The notes under the pieces are model-generated. The model ran no database searches and had not been told where the DNA came from. It saw only the letters and a list, made by a program, of their open reading frames with translations. Made by a program: the position numbers and the translations under genes. From Callorhinchus milii (taxonomy: Eukaryota): a stretch of DNA of 64,000 bases. The stretch lies in contig NW_024704742.1 in assembly GCF_018977255.1 (NCBI RefSeq), forward strand, positions 119,228,001 through 119,292,000. The letters run 5' to 3'. This document shows positions 14,801-27,160 of the stretch, piece by piece; position 1 is the stretch's first letter, and each line of letters starts with the position of its first letter.

Positions 14801-15231
14801 AGTCACAAACAAAAGGGGAGAAAAAAAATTGCAGAACACCACTGTAAATTAAATTTCTGACTTTCAGGCTCAACTGCAAAGCGCATATCAAAAATTCCTT
14901 TTAAAGATAGCAGGGGATAGGACATAACATTATATTTAATGCATGCGCATACATTTATTTTGCTTTCTTTCAAAAGCTCCAATTATTTCTCCTTTTTTTT
15001 GCTAAATATCTCACTTTTTCAAATCAAGTATTCAAAATGAATAACTTCAAACCTGTAAACCAAGAAACCAAATATGGTTAAAATGCTCAGGAGCTTTTAC
15101 TTATCTCAAAAAGCTTTTACTGATCAGCGAAAAAGGTGGGGTGGGGGGGTGGAGTGAGAGGGGACTGGAGAGAAAGGGAAAGGGAAGGATGATAAAGTCA
15201 GCAGTAAAATGTAGTTTGATGATTTCAAAAA

Positions 15232-15390
15232 GTGACGTCACGTGGCAGACATTGGCAGCTGGTTCAGGCGGGAGAGTTTGAAGTCCCTGGACCAACCGAA
15301 AGCGACGACTCCCACACGGTCCCACTCGTTGACGGTGCGTGGCGTGTAGTGTCTCAGTTCTTCGATCGTAGCATCCACAACACACCGCTG
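15232..15390. promoter_or_regulatory. Candidate intronic regulatory element: overlapping CRE/E-box plus CpG cluster
   Basis: GTGACGTCACGTGG at 15232-15245; 14 CpGs in ~155 bp amid CpG-depleted DNA. Confidence 0.4.
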
Positions 15391-16279
15391 GGCTGAGCCA
15401 TCTCAAACTATTCTCATATTATTGAACCTTTGGTTTAATATTTGCATTTAGGAATTATGGTAGTAAATACCAGTTTGCTGGTGGACATGAATTGAAGGTG
15501 TCTATTTTATTAGTGTAGAAGAACAGGTTTAAAGTTTTTTAAAAAAAAGTGGGGCTGTTTTTGAGGTGGGATACTTGTCTTTCGCAATACAGCCGTTTGT
15601 CAACTCTCTACCAAGAACAGAATTCCCTGAATTTTCCATTGAAATTCAACAGTGTTCAAGCTAAGAAATATGAGCTAGCCTGGAAGGACATCAAGTATTA
15701 CCCTTTCCATCAATCTACCCTTGGACCTCAAGTCCATCTCACACATCAAATCAAACCTTAGGGAAAAATAGTCAAACAAAATGAGGAAAGCAGCTCAATA
15801 CTGTATTTATTTCAGTTAAATTACATGAACTAATTAGGGAGTTCAAGTTACGATACCTTATTCAATCAGACAAAATTTATACTAGTTCTTATACTTAAAA
15901 CAGTATCACTAAGTACCTTGGATTAATTAGCTCAATGTAAAAATCAAGCTTAGTAAATTTAAAGCAGCAAAAAAATGATATTTAGAAAGTGAACTTAAGC
16001 ACCATTTGACAGTCTAAGATGCAATCTCCACAGAAAGCACCAGCACAGTAGCCAAAGTATGGAGTTACAAGCAGTCTGGAATTTTCCACTCTATTCCTTC
16101 TAATAGAAAATGCTATCAGTAGACATCATCTCTGAAAAGGCCAATAAAGTAATTACTATTATACACATTCAAATTATAATCCAATCAAATCATTGCCAAG
16201 GTCAAATCTAGAATAGGCTTTTGGATTCTGATTATATAAATGTAAAACGTATTGTACATTCAATTGTGTTGGTGACTAA

Positions 16280-16765
16280 CGGTGGCTTGGTTTAGTTGGC
16301 AGCGATCTCGCCTCTGGATCAGATGATTGCGGGTTTAAGCCCATGTCTGGACTTTAAATTCACACGCTCATGAAGATAAATGGGAATCTTCCTAGGTTTA
16401 TAAATATATAAAAGTGGGAAAGTCATGTTGAAAAATTTAAACCTGGCTCGGTTGGAAGCACTTTTGTCTCTGGTTTAGAAAATCATTGGGTTAAAGCCCA
16501 AACTTAAGAGTCCAGGCAGTGATGGATGTGATAGCCTTCAAATGAAACATTAAATTGAGGTAATGTTTGCCTGTTCAGGTGGATGTTAAAGATCGCATGA
16601 CCTGAGTTGAAAAGAGGAGAGAGTTTCTTCCAGATAAAGCTGGTCATTCACTTCATAGATATTTGTGGGAAATTGCTGTGTGCTAATTGATTGCCACCAA
16701 TGCCAATAAAATAGTCACTACACTTTACAGTAAATCCTGTAAAGCACTTTGAGATATTTGGGGAT
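16280..16765 (+). mobile_element. Older DeuSINE copies (two heads, one body)
   Basis: ggtggcttggtttagttggcagc head; tgttcaggtggatgttaaagatc and ttgtgggaaattgctgtgtgc Deu motifs. Confidence 0.7.
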
Positions 16766-17704
16766 ATTTATCAGTAAACCATCAGTCTGTCTTGTATATC
16801 CAATGTGAAATGTTCTGAGGTTATTGCTTTTGAGTTGTATTTATTACCTAGGCAAGATGTAATATATATGTGAGGACTTTAGGAATATACAGCACCAGAA
16901 AAGACACTGCAATCCACCTAACTTGTCCAAACGACTGGTGCCAGTATAACAAAAAAAATCTACACTGTACCTCACATTTCCTTAACTCAATTTTTAGCCA
17001 AACAGTTATCCAATTTCCTCTTGGATTTGCTGAAACAAATGTAATGTAATGCTTGCATATTTTTTCCAGAAATATGTACGTTAGCAAGAGACTGGTGAAT
17101 TCTGTACTGTAGATGGATTGAGTAATCAAGAATTTATTTTAAGGTGAGTAGCCTTGATAAAGCACTAAGACCCATAGTTCATGCACTATGAAGTTGAAAA
17201 GACTAGGGCGTAGAGAGAGATAAGCTCAGGAGCAATGATTAGACAAATCCAGACTTTGACTGCATAGGTTCATTTGCCAGTTGTGTACTTTATAAGTTGA
17301 CAACAAAGCATTAAACAATTCAGGTGGTCAATTATCAGTTACCACACTGTACCAGCGACTGCTAGGCACATTGCGGCCTTCTACACCTGTACCCTTTACA
17401 CAAAAAAAGTCCATCAACACCAGAAATGTATTTCCTGTCTACCGTACAGTGTGTGAATGTAATCCACTCTTGATTAAAATACTTATTTTACACAAAAATG
17501 TCATACCACATTATAACCTGCTTCAGTGCATATACCTGTGAGTAGAAAAAAACACTTATGGTTCTGAGGGGTCTGTTGCAATGTGCGGTCTGATTTTATA
17601 GACCTAAACTACTGTGCTATAACAAGAGTCCAATTGCATGTAGTGAAAGAGCTGAACACTGAAGGCTTAAGAAATGCTTATGAAACTGTATGTTCTATTG
17701 CTGC

Positions 17705-18317
17705 TTGAATTCTCACCCGACTCCATTGGCTCTCTATCCTTCAGAGGATTCAATTCAAGATCCTGGTCCTCACCTACAAAGCCCTCCATGGCCTCGCCCC
17801 ACCCTACCTCTGCGACCTCCTAACCCCCTACCAACCCGCCTGTTCCCTCCACTCAGCCGGCTCCGGCCTGCTCCACGTCCCCCAACCCACTATTGGTGGG
17901 AGAGCCTTCAGCCACTCTGCCCCCAACCTCTGAAATTCCATCCCCCAATCACTCCGCCTCGCCCCCTCCTTAGCCTCCTTCAAGTCCTGCCTCAAGACCC
18001 TCATTTTCGAGCATTATCGGCCACCCCCCTTTCCCCCCACTCCAGGTCTGAAATGCTGTACACTGTCCAGCGCCTTGGGACGCCTTTACAACGTGAAAGG
18101 TACTATACAAATGTAATCTTGTTGAATTATGAAAATATCATACATGGAAAGATGTAGAATATTAGAACAATAATCTTCAAATTTTGCTCAACTATTGATC
18201 CCAACACTCCCCGCACCACACATGCGTGACCGGAGCTGACTCCGTCCACAGCAGCAGCGCTTTGGGACATCCTCCCGACATGAAAGGCGCTCTCTAAATG
18301 TAATTTTGTTGTTGTTG
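17705..18317 (+). mobile_element. Two LINE2 3' ends (17705-18125, ~18200-18317)
   Basis: ccattggctc...attcaagatcctggtcctcacctacaaagccctccatggcctcgcccc ORF2 C-terminus, plus two diagnostic tails. Confidence 0.85.
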
Positions 18318-18429
18318 AGGAAACAGCGCCAGAAGCCTGAGGCCTAGCGCACCGTGTACTGTACAGTTTAGTAGCGGAGGGGGATGTTTGTACCACATTT
18401 GAAGTGGAGGAGGGCTGCAATCAATGACC

Positions 18430-18572
18430 ATCACGCTGAATAGTGAGGTGCCGGTTTACTGAAACAGGGAGCCTATCTTTTAACACTGACAATGAAAGAG
18501 ACTGTGAAAATGTGCCTGCAACTGTGAGGTGGCTGGATTACTGAGGTGACCGCAAACCGGGTTTCTACTGTA
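18430..18572. mobile_element. Possible Tc1/pogo-type element end
   Basis: Ends cgggtttctactg|ta (CAGTAG-type TIR plus TA) with repeated tgaggtg..gg subterminal motifs; no partner TIR found. Confidence 0.4.
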
Positions 18573-18770
18573 TATAGTAACCATAAAAATAACCTTCCAT
18601 CTTAGTCAACTAATCTTTAGTTTGTTCTCGAACAACAGAGACCAGAATTGTTGGTGTCAATTCCCTTTCTGCAGGGTTCGGTTTGGTAGAAATGATCACA
18701 AATAGATATGGCATCTATAATTGTTCCACCCGCCTACCTCTCAGGGCCCGGCCCCAAAAATAGAGAGAAA

Positions 18771-19140
18771 TACACACACACACACACACACAGACAGAGA
18801 GAGTCACACACACTCACAGATTCAGAGAGACACACATTCTCAAAGAAAGACACAATCAAGGACACAGATAGACATACAAACACACCACACACACATATAT
18901 TCACAGATACTCATAAACACACACATAGAAGAGAGACACAGACACACTCAAACACAATACTACATAGGAAAGATACACACGCACTCAAACAGAGATACTT
19001 ACAGACAAGCATACAGAGACACACTCACAAACACAGAGACACACACACACACACACATACAGAAACACAAAGAGAGAGAGAGAGAGAGACATACACTCAC
19101 ATAGAGACACTTACAAACACAGAGAGAGACATACAGACGA
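18771..19140. repeat. Compound (CA)n/(GA)n low-complexity tract
   Basis: Direct inspection. Confidence 0.95.
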
Positions 19141-20544
19141 TCACAACAGCTGGGCCTCCGAGTAGAGCAAAGCGCCGCACTGCGCATCCGGAGCTGCTCT
19201 GCCCACAGTGATGTCAAGTAAACACCGGGAGGCCTGGGGACAGAAACTACACTTTTTGTGGGTTTGTAGTGGAAGGCCGCTTGCAGCAGATTCTGGGAAA
19301 AGTGCAGCCGCACATTTCAATTGGCTCACGTCATGTCTCGCTCATCTACAGGAATTTCGAAAAAGTATCTCATTTGGAAGTTGGCTGTTTAGGTGATATA
19401 ATTTGCTTGGATTGTCAGAAAACCTCTGATAAAAACTCTGTATACAAGATTTCAACAGATGCAAGATATATGAAATTAATGCCAATAAACTAGTTGGATT
19501 GAGAATAAATTGGGCAAAAGAAAGCAGAAAGTGATAAACGGACAATGTTCTTTGAGAAGCTGCGACTAAAGGAATTCCATGGTTGTGCCATGCCTCAAAA
19601 ACTCTTCATAAAAGTTACAAAGCGAAGGATTCCAAGTAACATTAGATTTGAGCAGTCAAGTGATTAGTACAAGGGAGATTGATCATGTAATGTGCTTGAG
19701 GTTTTAACCCACACAATGAGCCCTATTTGAGTCCAAACAAGCTTGCTGATGTTAGTGGGGAGGCTCTGGAAAAAGACTGGTCAAAGAGGCTTAGTAGGGA
19801 GTGCAGAGCTCTTGGTGGGAGACATACAAGATTGGCTATTCCTTTTCCAACAGAGCCAGCTAAAGCAGCAGAGAAATTGCTGAGAAAACACCCTGTTTAG
19901 ATAGCGAGGTCCGAGGACGTCTGCAGTCAACAACAATTTGCACTTATAAAGCACTTTTGATGACACTCAGTTGGAGATAGTTATGGCAGTCAGTCAGAAC
20001 AGCAGTTGTGCTAGAGTAAAACGCAGCAGTCAGCCAACAGGGAAGTGCGCTATTATTACTAGTTCAGTTAAAAAACAAACAGAGGAACCATCGACTTTGC
20101 TGACTGTACTCCAGAACACAGGATATTTTTGGAAACAAATGTTAAAAGAAAAAAAACTGTGACATCTGGCTGTTAGACTCTGAGATCCCTGCTCTGAGAT
20201 ACTCCAAGCAACGATCATGCGTGAAAAGAACCATATAAATGCAAGTTGTTGTAATGGAAGTAGGATACAGCACTGCAACACCATTATTCAAAGAATCTAG
20301 ATTGAATGGACTGATTAAGGAATGAGCGACTGAATTTAATCTGGATTAAGGTAAAATACAAAGCAACAAAAAGAATGAAATTTGCACACATTCTCTTTCT
20401 GAATAGTGCCATGGGAATCTTTATCGTGCACCTGAACAGGCAGATGGGACCTTGGTACAACGTGTCATCTGAAGGAGATCATGGCTGCTTGTTCTTGGAG
20501 AAGATCATTTGTGAATATAATCTATGTCTTTGATGATTCTGTGT

Positions 20545-20940
20545 GGAGCTGGATCAGCTGGTAGCAATCGTGCTTCGGAGGCAGAAGCCCTATGTCGAGA
20601 CTTTGAGCTCCTAGTCTAGGCTAATATTCAGATGCAGTGCTGAGGAACACTGCAAATTCCATTATTGGACGTACCACCTTTTAGATGAGATATCAAATTG
20701 TCTGTCTGCTTATCCACCTGGGTAATAAAAGTTCTAATGACGCTATTCAAAAAGAGTATCGCTTAGTGTTCTTGCCAACAACTCAGTTAAATTTGGTCAT
20801 TTACTTCAGGACTCTTTGTGAGGCATTGTTAGTTAGCTGCTGCACTTGCATACAAAGCCAATAAACTTTACAGGAAACCTTGGAGTGCTTTGAGACAGTT
20901 CACTATAATAGTCAACATATCAAATGCAAGGATTATTATT
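20545..20940 (+). mobile_element. Older full-core DeuSINE (SacSINE1/AmnSINE1-like)
   Basis: Degenerate tRNA head, then tctaggct...gcagtgctgagg...ttttagatgagat Deu domain and LINE2-like tail. Family name is from recall, not a database search. Confidence 0.7.
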
Positions 20941-23900
20941 TTTATCCTTAAATAGAATGATAATTTAGAAACAATGAAGTACAGTCAAGCCTGTCATCAA
21001 CAACCGCTCAGAGGACTGCGCCAAGTTAAAACTGAACACTCAACTACATAACTATAAAATTAAGAACATTTAAAGCTAAATTAAAGATTAAAAAATGTAT
21101 TTGCCTATAATAAATTAGAGATGTGGAAAAGTCAGTCATCTAATAGTAAATTAATTCCAATAACTTTAAAAACAATATCGGGTTAAGAAAAGGATTGAAG
21201 ATTGGAATCATAAGAACATAAGATTATCAAATGCTCCATGGACCTGTGCTCCTGGGACTATAATAATATCAGACGTGGAATGCAGCTGGCTAGAACTGAA
21301 CAGATTGAAATTATAAATTTATAGTTTTGTTCAAATCTCTGTGACCCCATGAGGTAAATGTCAAGTTAAACAGGTAAATGGAAGTTTTTCCTGTGGTTAT
21401 TCACCTTTTGCAGAAGATTTAAACAGACAGGGCCATTTTAAATTGTATGCTGTATGCTCTTATTAGTAGATTTATTTTTAAACTGTTAGTGTGAATAACT
21501 GCTTTGACAAGAGCTAGACTTAATAGAGCCACAAAGCAAACAATAATGGATCAATGTAGTTTAGTTCAACTTCACTGAATTTGGGAAAATATCTACATAT
21601 TATAGTTTAGCAAAAGGGAGTGGGGGGGAAGAGAGTACTACACTACTAGACACTACCAAAAGCAGTCACTGAAAATCTGTTGTAATATCTGGCACCAATA
21701 CATGCCCCCTTCCTTTAGGGGGTCTCTCTCTCCCCTCTGTGCCTTCAACTACGACCATGCTCCTTCACCTTCGACCATGCTCTTTCCTCTTCGACCATGC
21801 TCCTTCCTCTTCGCTACCTCCCCCCCCGCCCCACCCCAAGCTCGGAGTAAACCTCTACCACTGTTAAATGTTCTGAGACGCTATCCTGCATGGAGGATGC
21901 TATATAACTGCAAGTTGTTGTTGTAGATCCAGACACCTAGCGGACCAAAAAACTAAATTCAGCAGATTGTCCAAGTATATCTGACAAATTTAACTCTTCC
22001 TATTTCTCAGTCTCATTTTTAACACAATGTACATCAAATTATATAGATGTAAAAAAGTTAGCTCCAGCTCTCAAAGAGATACCATATTCTCAAAGAATAT
22101 TGAAAAAAAATCAGACTATGCAATACGAATTAGAATTTAAGTGCCTATACAGCAACATTATGTTTCGGCTGTTCTGACAATGATGTTGAAAGCATTTTAA
22201 AATGCTAATGTTGCAGATAACACCAGTTCCCAGTAGTTCAGTATTTCTTAGTATATGGAACAACTTAAATAAATCTCTTTATTTAGAATTAATGAGACAG
22301 AACAACTATGGCAAGATTGAAAATGGAACAGCTGCCCAACTTGATAGCTGCACATAGCAAATACTACTAAAAGCTGTCACTGAAAATCGTTTGGCAAATG
22401 GCATTCCACTATTACAGCTAACATCATTATACAGGAGTATTGGCAGATGTTGTGCACAGCACACGTGGAGCTGAAAAACAGTATAATATTATCTCAAACT
22501 ATAAATATGCACAATGGAACACAACAGCAGGGCCCATGTTTATCAGGTTAAGTGAACTCACACCTGACCCACACAAGAGACACCCACCAGGACTGGCAAA
22601 TCTCCACATGCTGAAAATCAATTCTAGCAATCTTGTGAGGTTCACATAAACGCAAAAAAAAACTTTTTTTTGAGGGTGTGGGGGATGGAAGTGGGGAAGT
22701 GCTATTTAGTTTGTTGATGTCTCCTTGTCAAATATTTTCATTATATTTCTGAAATGCTGAAGATTCATAACTTCCAGCTTTGCCATAAATATCTGTCGCA
22801 CGTCAGGTAAAGGCAAGATTAAGCTAAGAAGACAAGATCAGGTTCAACGTGCTTTTGGGTGAGATACCAAAATGTGGCTGGCACCCAAGACGCTGCAACT
22901 CACCATGAGGCAGAGGAATGGGAAGGAGATAAATTGTCAGAGAACTAATAATTGTACTTTTAAATCCATAATTGGATTGGAACATCCTCCCTCCATGAAA
23001 TATAGCAAGTTACAAAACAAAGTTACTGAAAGCTAGATACACCTTGGTACAACAGAATTAAGTAAATGCTTCTCCTACATTAAAACATACACGCTTGAAT
23101 TTGATTTAATTTTTTCCTAGTTTGGGGGAGGAGAGGAAACTATGGTATTTTAGAAAATCATCTTCTGTGCATGTCTATGTTAAGACCGAGTAGAAGCAAA
23201 GCTCTGTTTTATCATTCAAAACATTTTTCACCAATAATTCACCTTCCTCGGGAGTAAAAAATAAGTATGGTAGGAGACCATGGCAATGTTATTAGATGGA
23301 TCCGGCTCTTCTCATTAAAAGTTAATAGATATGAATTAGAAGCTAATTAATAGCGACAATTAATAGTAATCACAATTAAATATGTGTTTTTTTTACTCTT
23401 TCCAGCCATTCCCTTCTGCCAAGCGTCTTTGCAAGTGAAAGTCCCCTCACCACACAGGGGTATTACAATTCACACAGGCTGCAAAATGATTTCCACGCTG
23501 ATTGTATTTTAACTGCTGCAGCTGCGCAATTAAGCTCCTCTTCTATACACAGAACCCAAATATACTGTTACTTTTTTTCAAGTTCTGAACTCCACTATTC
23601 AATTAACATTTTTCAAATCAAATACATTTCTGAGCAATAGCTATGGTTTTAAAGCACTTTAAAGGGGAAAACAAAAATCTGGGGAGACTGCTTTCTTTTC
23701 AAAGAACTTTTTCCTCTTCCATCTGTTTTATAGTATTTGATACAAAATAGTCAAATCCGCTGATGTGCAGATTTGACATATTCAGTCCCATTTAATCTTA
23801 AAAGAGGGATTACTGTAGCCCGAGTGCTTCATTCTGTGCAATGAAGGCTTGATTTGAATCTGGTTTGGTAGACTAAATAGAGCTGCTCAACCCTGGAAAG

Positions 23901-26900
23901 ACCTTAACAGCTGAGTATGCAGCAGTACCCACCAGCAGTGTGTTTTTCTAGGGTTGGATAGCTTTGGTTTGGCTCCCAGGCCACTCTGACCTGCCAATCC
24001 CCATTGAAGTGAATGGAGCCATTCTGGTACAGACATAATTCCCTATAACTTATATCGCTAGGCACAAAAACAGAAATGGTATGGCCTCTTGTGGCAGTAC
24101 ATATACATTTATAAATACTGTACCTATCTGAACTTTTATTTTAAAAAAATGAGGAAACACACTTTGAATGAAAATGACTATCCCTAGATTTACCCCCTTA
24201 AAATTTTTAACAAAGGGTAATCATAAATTTGACAACTGCAGGGAAATTACTCACAAATTAAAGGTGCCATGCTTACAAATCCACCATTTATTTTGCTTAA
24301 AATTCCAAATGTATTGAAATGCTCTGTTTTCATGTGAACAAATCCATGAACAAATCCACAAAATCTGTAAGAAGTTGGTTGATGTATACAAGAGACAGAC
24401 AGAATTGCACAGTTTTTACTTTGGGAATGGCCTCCATGGACTTTTCAATTCTGCAATTCTACATGTCTATCAGATTAAAATTTCTGAAACCGTTGGGTTC
24501 TGATAATTTGGGCACACAGGAAGATGGAAAGACCTAGCTTCATAATGCTGTACAGAAATTAATCCAAAATCAGATCTATGTCTTAAAATAATACCACTGT
24601 TCAAAAATATATCAATACATATGGATGACAAGATTGTGAAATGAAACAATTTATCATTTATTCACATAGGCTTTCTACAGTTCCTTGCCAATCTCCCCAG
24701 TTTCACTATTAACAAGATTCAAATGATTCAAAACTCTGCCGTCAGTGTCCTCACCTGTACCAGATTCCATACTCCCATAACTTCAGTTCTTGCCAGGTAC
24801 TGACTCCATGTTGCAGAAAGGATCGATTTCAAGATCCTTACTCTCACTTTCAAATCTCTTCATGTCCTGGCACCTCATAGCTCTCCAATCTGCTCACACT
24901 TCACTCTTCTACCCGAACCTTTACTCAGCTGGCTCGAATCTGCTGCATGTCCTTCGTCCCCTCCTCTCCACAATGCTCCACGCAATGCCTCCCTCCTCTC
25001 AAACACTTCACAAGATCCGCCTGCACATACGAAGGACAGACAGAGAGCGGCGCATGCACAGTTGGCATACCAGGAGGCCACAGAGAGCAAGTGAGAGAGA
25101 AAACCTCACGTCAGACAGTTATTTTTCGGTTTACTGGATTAACACTTGTTTTTGTATCGGGGTGTTTAATCGAGGTTTATCGGTTAAAACGGAAAAGCGC
25201 TAATTATTGTACAATTTGTGCCCTCTGACTTGTGTAATCTACTGTACCTTCATTCAAGGATTGAACCTTCAACATTCCAGCCCTTATTTGGTTTAATAAG
25301 AAATAACCATAGCACAGGTAAGCTAACAACTTGGACAGAATACTTTTTAAATGCAAGTCTGTGGAAGCAAGCCTACAGATTTGACAGTCAGGTAGCCTGC
25401 AGTTCCATATAATTGCACTATAAACTAAAAGACACTTCATTAGAAAACATTCATGCCATCGCACGCTGCCCCCACCCCACCCCAAAGCTGATTAACCTAA
25501 ACCATGTCTGATCATGCGACCCATCAAAGTACTGTAGGGCTTCAATGTATTTATATAAAAAAAACTATTGGTTTAGCCACATAGTGTATGCTGTAAGTTT
25601 AGTTTGAAAAAGTATAATACAAGTCACAGGACAGAACATGCATTCCATTTAGTCTAATATGACATTTTAGTTAGATGAATGGTTATATTTGGCACAAATG
25701 TGATTTTGAGAATGTTAAGTGAAATAGATAAAGCTTAATGTAGATTAATGTACACATTAGAATATGTAGGGTAAACAAGAAGATTGATTTAACTTAAAAG
25801 TAAAACCAGTTCTAGCAATTCTTGCAGTATGTTTGTTTACAGAATGATTACACCAGTTCCCTGCAGATAAATTAAGTTTGAAGCCCACTGACCTGGTGTA
25901 TTTAAACTGCAGGTAGATGGAAAACAGATACAAAACTTTCTTTATTTCATCCTCAGTTTTGGCCAAGGCATGAAAAACCTCTTGTGGCTAGACATGCAGG
26001 GGCCCGATTATTGTGTTCCTTTGCTATGATCCAATAGACATTACCAAAGCACAATAATAATAAAAGCACAAGAGAAAGAATGTAAATGTCAACTCCTTCA
26101 ACAAGAGGACAATAAATAATAAATACCACAAGGCAAATAAATTTAGCTCACCTCCCCATGGAGCAAACAAAGAACCATTTTTTCCAGACTCTGCCACTAC
26201 GCTTTAAGTTACAAATCTAAACAAGAGTCGATTAGAATATAGTAGATCACCATTTAGCCATACACTATTTATTGCACAGGTTCCAATGCAGAAGTTGGAT
26301 GCAAGTCTGTGAGAGAGATTCTAGTACAAGAAACCCTATTGTTTGTGAAGTTGTTCACAAGGTTTATAAGGGATGCTCTCACTCCAGCTATATTGTAATT
26401 CTATGACGTTCGTCTGCATGCACACAACTTTCATATCATAATATATATTAATATAATATTAATAATAATATTATTTCCACTTTATGTACCAACAAGGATT
26501 TTTTGCCTTTTAGCAACGATATGTCTATACACTTTTACACGATACAGTTTAAGCTGTAGAGATGGGGAAAAGATGCAGTAACCTCCAGATAACGTGTCTA
26601 GAATTATCTGGAGGGAAAAGGGCCAAGTGACAAATTACCCAATACGATGAGTTACCCATAGGTCCTCATAACATATTGAAAATGAAAGTGGTACAGCACT
26701 GGCAATCTTGGGGAGGACACGTTTGCAGGGCTATGGGGAGAGCGCGGAGGAGTGGGATTGATTTGGGTAGCTCTTTTCAAAGAGCAGGCACGATGGGGCA
26801 AATGGCCTCCTTCTGTGCTGTATAATTCTATGATTTTATGAACTTCCGATTCTCGGTAGATTAGCAACACAGTGTCAATATTGTGACACTCTCTGAGTCT

Positions 26901-27016
26901 TTGTCTGCCCTCCTCATGGAGTTATCAGATAAAAATAAGAGATGTTTTACATAACATAGGTACCTATATTAAGCAAATGTCAGTCATGATAATTCCTATT
27001 CAGTATGTATTGCCAC

Positions 27017-27160
27017 AACAACAACAAGATTCCATTTATAGAGCGCCTTTCACGTCGGGAGGACGTCCCAAGGCGCTGGACAGTTGGGTTGGGACCCGAG
27101 CAGGGGGGAAATGGTCAGGGAGAGGGAGGGAAGGGAGGGAGCGAGGAGGGGTAGAGAGGA
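27017..27160 (-). mobile_element. LINE2 3' end
   Basis: caacaacaacaagattccatttatagagcgcctttcacgtcgggaggacgtcccaagg; same subfamily as 52330 and 58862. Confidence 0.85.

Noticed and set aside
18708..19313. 100-167 aa ORFs rich in T/H/R or V/C/S
   Set aside because: Translations of the (CA)/(GA) microsatellite.
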